From contig SMSO01000004.1 in the NCBI GenBank assembly GCA_004764695.1, forward strand, positions 1,550,001-1,614,000: a stretch of DNA of 64,000 bases. Reading direction: 5' to 3'. This document shows, piece after piece, positions 57,982 to 64,000 of this stretch (position 1 is the first letter of the stretch; each line of letters begins with the position of its first letter). The notes below the pieces were generated by a model, which saw only the letters and a list, made by a program, of their open reading frames with translations, was not told where the DNA came from and made no database searches. Both the position numbers and the translations under genes were made by a program. This stretch comes from Schizochytrium sp. TIO01 (taxonomy: Eukaryota; Protista; Bigyra: Labyrinthulomycetes).

Positions 57982-60900
57982 ATGGAACAACAGGCTTCGA
58001 CAGAAATAGCTACTATTGAAAAGCCGTCAAAAACGGCATCCAACTTGAGAAGGTCAACTAGGTTGACAAACCCGCTAAGATCATTTTCACCAGGAGAGGA
58101 GGGAGCCAGACGTCAGCCTGTCACCAGAGAGCTTTCCTCTAAACAATCTAGCTCCGATCAGCCTAGCTCCAAACGACCTATAGACGAACAGCCCGATAAT
58201 GTTAATCACAGAGGTAAACAAACTGGTCGTGATCAGACAGATGACAACAATTCAAACAACTTACAATCACAAGATAGACTGCCGGGTGGCACAGACCTTT
58301 CTAAAAACGTAGGAAGTGATATGAAGCCTAAGCGAGGCCGTGGTAGACCCCGCAAATATCCTTCACGCTATACGAACAAAAAACAAAATGACAACGCCTC
58401 TACGGAAAAGCAACTGGAAGATAAGAATCTCAGTGAGGGACAAAATTCGTTTGGAGAAGCCCAGAGCAAGACAATATTTGACAAACAAGCTGGTGTAACA
58501 GAGGAAGCAAACATGGATTCAACTGAACCGCTACGCGAAGGCGATTCTGCAAAAGTGCTCAATCTGCGGGGCCGTGCGGACTCTGCGGACGTAGAATTTG
58601 TGTCTGAGACGGGTAGCAGCCGTGCAAATTTCCACTCAAACCTCTCTGAGACAGATCAAACTAGTACCCAAGAGGGGAAATCTACGTCTGGGCCTTCTTC
58701 ACAGTCTAAGCACGGTGTTACCCGTGCCGGACAAGTTGCTATTGTTGACCAGACCCAATCTGCAACCAAGAAACCTCGTAGAGAGCTTTGTATTGAAAAC
58801 AATTGTGATCAAAACATGGAGATGCTCAGTAAATTTAATGACACAGGCGTGAGTGAAATCAGTGCTAAGAACAGTATCATTGATAGAAGCAAAGGCAAAG
58901 GCAGTGTTAATAGTTCTGATGCTAAAAAAGTCGTTTCTAAAAGCTCATCTTCTCCACATTCATCCCATTATCAAGATGACTTCGCTGCAGCTCTTCATGA
59001 GACGAGGTCGCCACATGAAATGAAATTTGGATCTCAAAGCATGGGAAAATCTTCAAAAATACCTAAAACAATGGCTTCTGCAAGGTATGCTAGGAATGGA
59101 AATCACAGAAATAAGGACGACGACAACCATGAAGATTCAAGCTCTGAATTGACCAGCGATGATGAACTTCAAAATCACCTAGAAGGGGTAGATACGACAG
59201 GATTCATTACACCAGCACTCGAACAAGTAATTGCAGACGTAATTATTGCTTTTGCAGACGCTGGCCTTCCGCTGACCAAAATGGAAATGCGTCGACTTGC
59301 AAAAGATATGCTTGATAGTTTATATGATCCAACAAACTCATTTTCAACACCGGATGGATGGTTTGAAGGCCTTCGGATGCGCCATCCAGGTATCTCTGAG
59401 CGAAAGCTTGGGCAGCGCACAAAGCAGCGCTTCTCGATCTCTAAAAGTGAAATCAGATACAATTGGTTTCGATTGCTGGAGTCAAAATTTGCTGAGGTAC
59501 ACGACCTAAATGCAAAATTAATTAAACAATACAGCTTAAAATGCACTTCAGCAGAGCTTGCACCGGGAAATATCTACAATCTTGAAGAGTCATGTTACAC
59601 ACATTTAAGGTTTCCTGGGTACAGTAATATCCCCAAAACCAAAGAAGAAACTATTGAAAAGGTGTCTAAAGTTTGGCCTTTAGTTACAATGTTTGCGGCA
59701 ATAGCAGCCGATGGGAGTTGCGTAGATCCATCTTTTGTAGTGAAGGCGTTGCGATCGTTGCCAGCTTCTGAGAGTTTGAGTCAATTTGGTAATTGTTCTA
59801 AATATGCCAATGCTGCTATTTTTCAATCTGAATCGGGCTGGACCGACTCGAACGTCTTTCGAGAATGGGTTAGACACTTTGCGCAGCATCTTAGCATGAA
59901 AAATGGGACCCTCGATTCAGGACGGCTGTGGACACTCCTTATTTTAGATGATCACCCATCACATCAAGATCATCTGGCATTTTCCATGCTTCGTGACGAA
60001 CGGGTTTGTGTCGTCTTCGCACCAGATGGAAACTCGGTTATGCCTCTTCCGCTAACCAGGGTCCTTTATGGGCCTGTATTTAAACAGTACCTCAAGAAGC
60101 TCCAGTATCTGAGTGACACTCGAAGCGATGCCCGAGAGATTAAAGACATAATTTCAATGGCGAGCGAAGCTTTCTTCGCGGGAGCTACTCCGGAAAATAT
60201 AAAATCTGGGTTTATAAGCTGTGGGGTTTGGCCTTTGGAAAAAAATATTGCGGATAGTAACGAGGGTGAACTAGATGCGCATCACCATTTGAGCTCCTAC
60301 TCTGAGCAATCGAGCTTCTGGGAAGCCATGGAAATAGCTGTTGATGTTGGATCTAGCGTTCGAAATGAAAATTCTACTATTGTGACTTTGGAGGAGGTTG
60401 AGCTAAGCAAAAAGGAATTTCATGTGTTAGCCTCTCTTTCGAACAAAGAGGACGCTTGGCTTTGCGATAAACTAGTTCTGTCACTTTCAAGACACGTTTG
60501 CAAAGGTTCTGAAGTCTTTGTTGTTGATCCTCAAATCACTGCTCTGCTTGGAAAACCGCAGTTTCAGGTAGAATGCATCACCAGGGCTGCCATACATTCA
60601 AACAATATTGACGCAAAAGGCCCGGTGTTAGACCGCGTACATGGTGGGCGGTTGTTTGCTCACAAATTTATTGCTTTTCCTGCTATTGTGCACAGCTCGC
60701 ATTGGGTTCTTTGTGTCGCACAATTCACTTTCGGAAACTCATGTCAACTATGGTATTTCGACTCTCTTGGTAACGAAATTGTTGAAGAAGTAACGAATGC
60801 ATGTAAAACCTATCTTGAAGTTAAGGCCCTCGAATTGGGTCACGAAAAAATAATCCCATGTATTGTTAGGGCACCTTGCACGAAGGTGTTGGAACGTCCA

Positions 60901-61086
60901 GTTCAGACGATACATGCCCAGTGTGGCGTTCATGTCATTCATGCATTGCATGCGTTGAGTAAAAACCTTCTGACGTGGAGATCCCAGATACAAAACCAGG
61001 TGCCGAACGATGTTTCGATTTTCCGTGGGTTTCTAGTTAGTCAACTTGTGCGATTGTTCGCCTCGAATTCGCACTTTTCTATTTAG
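57982..61086 (+). CDS. pogo/Tigger/Fot1-type transposase-derived protein (AT-hook, CENP-B-like HTH, degenerate DDE) fused to a Ulp1/C48 SUMO-protease domain
   Basis: AT-hook KRGRGRPRK. HTH ..AGLPLTK.EMR.LA....F....GWFEGLRMRHP. DDE-like IYNLEES, VTMFAAIAADG...P, SESGWTDS.VF.EW, LLILDDHPSH, NIKSGF..CGVWPL. Ulp1 WLCD, FPAIVHSSHWVL, YFDSLG, Q....QCGVHV. Confidence 0.82.
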   Translation: MEQQASTEIATIEKPSKTASNLRRSTRLTNPLRSFSPGEEGARRQPVTRELSSKQSSSDQPSSKRPIDEQPDNVNHRGKQTGRDQTDDNNSNNLQSQDRLPGGTDLSKNVGSDMKPKRGRGRPRKYPSRYTNKKQNDNASTEKQLEDKNLSEGQNSFGEAQSKTIFDKQAGVTEEANMDSTEPLREGDSAKVLNLRGRADSADVEFVSETGSSRANFHSNLSETDQTSTQEGKSTSGPSSQSKHGVTRAGQVAIVDQTQSATKKPRRELCIENNCDQNMEMLSKFNDTGVSEISAKNSIIDRSKGKGSVNSSDAKKVVSKSSSSPHSSHYQDDFAAALHETRSPHEMKFGSQSMGKSSKIPKTMASARYARNGNHRNKDDDNHEDSSSELTSDDELQNHLEGVDTTGFITPALEQVIADVIIAFADAGLPLTKMEMRRLAKDMLDSLYDPTNSFSTPDGWFEGLRMRHPGISERKLGQRTKQRFSISKSEIRYNWFRLLESKFAEVHDLNAKLIKQYSLKCTSAELAPGNIYNLEESCYTHLRFPGYSNIPKTKEETIEKVSKVWPLVTMFAAIAADGSCVDPSFVVKALRSLPASESLSQFGNCSKYANAAIFQSESGWTDSNVFREWVRHFAQHLSMKNGTLDSGRLWTLLILDDHPSHQDHLAFSMLRDERVCVVFAPDGNSVMPLPLTRVLYGPVFKQYLKKLQYLSDTRSDAREIKDIISMASEAFFAGATPENIKSGFISCGVWPLEKNIADSNEGELDAHHHLSSYSEQSSFWEAMEIAVDVGSSVRNENSTIVTLEEVELSKKEFHVLASLSNKEDAWLCDKLVLSLSRHVCKGSEVFVVDPQITALLGKPQFQVECITRAAIHSNNIDAKGPVLDRVHGGRLFAHKFIAFPAIVHSSHWVLCVAQFTFGNSCQLWYFDSLGNEIVEEVTNACKTYLEVKALELGHEKIIPCIVRAPCTKVLERPVQTIHAQCGVHVIHALHALSKNLLTWRSQIQNQVPNDVSIFRGFLVSQLVRLFASNSHFSI

Positions 61087-61487
61087 ATATACTTTTTACT
61101 TTCACATACTGAAAGTAAAGCCATACACAGGTTTAATTTAAATAACTATGTCTAATTTAAAAAATGTTGTCTGAATTTGAGCATTATGATTTCTTGGTGC
61201 ATGGGCTTATCTCTTTCTTACCTTTGGCATTGAACTAATCATAAAATTCTTATTTCTCTTTTTGCAATGACAATTGGGGTTGTTGCGTCTGTTTACATGG
61301 TGTACAGATGGCTGTAGGCCTGAAATCTGGTAAAGTTCTATTGAGACATATAAGATGTATGGTAACGAACAAGTTGACTCGGCAGTGATCCGATTTTACA
61401 TGCACAATGGGTAAATCAATTTGCTGCTATATGCGTACAACAGAATTATTTTAAAGGGCAATAGTTATAGCTCTAAATCATACTTGC

Positions 61488-62294
61488 TTAGGTATGGATT
61501 GAATATGCAGCATCAAGGAACTCCTCATACTGAAAGGTTGCATTGCCATTGTAGGCAGTATCCTTCTTCTTGAAGGCTTCAGTGAGCTTGTGAAGTTCGC
61601 AAAAGAGAGAAACAAACATGTCAAACCCGAGACCGCCAGCCTTGTCAGTACCGTAGATTTCGAAGAGGCGATGGAAAAACTTGTCTGAGAATTGATAGCC
61701 TGTCTGACGGATTGCATCGATTAGCTCACTCTTTCCAATGACACCAGAGTGGTCTGTATCGTGGGCCTCAAAGCATTGACGCCAGCTCTGGAGGTATCCC
61801 CACAAGCCCTCAAACTCTGTGCGATCCACGCTGCCATCGCGACTTGTATCATACAAGTTAATCAGCAAGCGGCAGGTCTTGAGACTAAAGTCCATCTTTC
61901 CACCCTGGCTGAGGCCAAACTGGAGCTCATCAGCAGTGACAGAGTTGCTTCCATCACGATCCATCGCTGAGAAAATCAGTCCTGCAGTAGGTTGCTGACC
62001 GGAGCGCAATTGGTTCTCAGCATGTATAGATGCTTGGCATTGCTGGCCCAATGTTTGTGCCATTGCCGGCGGGGGTGCACCAGGCTGGGGAGGTGGGGGG
62101 GGCATTGGAGCAGGGGGACCTCCGTGGTGATGGTGCCCATGGGAAGGAGGTCCCACCGGAGCTTGGATCTCAAGCTCCATGCCAGAGTAGACCCCAGCCG
62201 GGCAGGTTACTCGCATCTTTTGCCCACTCACATTCACGAGAAAGCTCTGGCCAGGGCCTACGCCGAGGGGAACAGTAACACGGTATCTCTGCAT
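61488..62294 (-). CDS. Penta-EF-hand calcium-binding protein (peflin/ALG-2/PDCD6-like) with Pro/Gly/His-rich N-terminal region
   Basis: F...DRDGS.SV...ELQ.GL, FS..TCRLLI.LYD....G.V...EF..LW.YL..W...F...D.D.SG.I...EL..A....GY, F...DT...G.ATF.YEEF. Confidence 0.93.
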   Translation of the reverse strand: MQRYRVTVPLGVGPGQSFLVNVSGQKMRVTCPAGVYSGMELEIQAPVGPPSHGHHHHGGPPAPMPPPPPQPGAPPPAMAQTLGQQCQASIHAENQLRSGQQPTAGLIFSAMDRDGSNSVTADELQFGLSQGGKMDFSLKTCRLLINLYDTSRDGSVDRTEFEGLWGYLQSWRQCFEAHDTDHSGVIGKSELIDAIRQTGYQFSDKFFHRLFEIYGTDKAGGLGFDMFVSLFCELHKLTEAFKKKDTAYNGNATFQYEEFLDAAYSIHT

Positions 62295-64000
62295 CTTAGT
62301 TGCTCCTTTCCCTCGTTTCCAGATATCTTACTTGCACAAGCTACCCTAGGCAGGCTCAATGTCACAAAGCCTGCACTCGCAAGACTCCTCAACAATCAGA
62401 TTTGGCTAAACTTGCCTCTTTTGGCAAAGATTTGTAGTAGGTCATGTCATCCCAAAAGTCAGCACATTCTATCTTTATCCGACTCTCTCTGCGCAACCCA
62501 TTTTATTTTCCTGGATCTTCGTACCTTCTGGAGTAGCGCAAAAAGGAACAGAGAACAGAGAACGGCTCAGATAATTTGAAAATTGGGACAGAGTTTGAAA
62601 TTATATTCGAAACTAAATTTGAAACGCAGAGCCGAGTGTCTTGAGGCCGAGGTGACACGAGCGAGAGTTTGTACACGCCAGCGTGCTAGGCTGACGAACC
62701 AACCTTACTTGAAGGCGTGAAGGCGTGTGGCTATTTGCTTGACGTGCATAGACTGCCGGGCCCGAAAGAAAGTGGCCATTGGAATTGGCCAACTTTGGAA
62801 GGGATTTGGACAGAGTTTGTGCTTGAAGACTATCTCTTTATCTATCGAAAGCGCACAAGAGACTTAAATTACAGCACAAAAATTAGCAACAGCTGTACAA
62901 AGGTCACCGTTGATTTTCTGCTTCAGTTAATCTGCAGGAAAACTAGCCGACTCTAGGTCTGTAAAAATCCTAACCTCTGAGCTGGGTAGTGCTTTCAAAT
63001 CCTTCACGAAACGTTCTGCCTGGAGATCCAGAACTACGAGAATACCTTTAAGCACTGCATTGGTACGGTCTGCCCCGGCACCCAGCTTTCCACAGCCCGT
63101 TTTGCAAGTTTCGTGACCCTGTGATAGTCGCCAGGTCGAAGTAACTGTCTAGCGTTGATTTCTGGCCTTCGCTGCATGAATGTCGGTACGGTAAATCTGG
63201 GAAATCGTTGCTGCCGTCGGATCCTTGAACCCTACGCCGCATATTGTTTTCTTCAGTACCTCATTCAATCTACTTCTTGACTTTCCACGACAGTCTGGAG
63301 GCCACCCAGACTGGGTTACTATTGATTGCAGCAAGACTGCCAAACACGACTTGGCAAGCTCCGCCAACTCCTCTGGGGAGGAGACCGACGTCTTGAAACA
63401 GTCGCTCAGTGAGATTAATAGCACTTGCCTTCTCTACCTCGTCTCAGTCTCTCTTAATTTTTTGCAGCGTTTCGTCGCTTGAAACTGTCTAACCCAGTAC
63501 GAAGCAGCTAAAGAAGGTTACTCTGTATTCGCGATTGCAGCTGGGCACTGTCGCAAAAACTGGCGTATCCCGTGGTGCTGACAGAACTACTATACCCATC
63601 CTGCACAAACCAATTGAAGGTTCAAGGTCTCATTTGGTGTTGGGACGAAGAAAAGTCGCGGGTTACCTACGGACTCATTCTCTGTCTATTGTAGGGTCTT
63701 ACCTCCAGCTTTGACGACGAGGGTTGCAGACGCTTGAGTTGCATCACTTCGTGAGACGGAGGCTTGGACTTTTATCGCTACGCGAATTGCTCATCGTTGT
63801 GTTCTGAGAGTCGCAAAACAGTATCCCCCACTGATCTATAGCAGCATCCAAAATCGTTCATTAGTGTCACCGCGCATTTCTCGGGCGAGTCACAAAGCGC
63901 ATCCTGCCAGTGCCAAAGTTCTTTGCGTCGCCTCGTCACCTAAAGAAGTTTACGATAGCTGCGACCTAACAGCCCCTACTTGACAAGATTTCAGAATTAA

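Noticed and set aside
57600-61480. Intact autonomous DNA transposon
   Set aside because: No TIRs or target-site duplication seen by eye and the catalytic triad is degenerate, so it is reported as a CDS

Overview
This is eukaryotic nuclear DNA from a compact, mostly intron-poor genome, with GT-AG introns, CTAAC-type branch points and eukaryote-specific genes. Gene style suggests a protist, possibly a thraustochytrid or other stramenopile (inference). About 18 protein genes can be supported: two nitronate-monooxygenase-family flavoproteins (both ending in PTS1), IMP4, an FSH1-hydrolase/RWD/OBG-GTPase fusion, ABCC and ABCG transporters, signal peptide peptidase, PEX14, FAN1, a LIM tail-anchored protein, an L-type lectin, separase, a pogo-transposase/Ulp1 fusion, a penta-EF-hand protein and a few hypotheticals. 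The main hidden structure is mostly missed by the ORF track. It is a 13-exon LRR-ROC-COR-TIR gene (18233-23220) in which 11 consecutive small exons each encode one LRR and are all flanked by phase-2 introns. This gives a modular, shufflable recognition domain joined to a GTPase and a TIR domain that keeps the NADase glutamate, so it is a candidate innate-immune receptor. Several other unusual domain fusions are present: PEX14+PUB, separase+SAP, and AT-hook/CENP-B/DDE+Ulp1. No rRNA, tRNA or CRISPR array was recognised.
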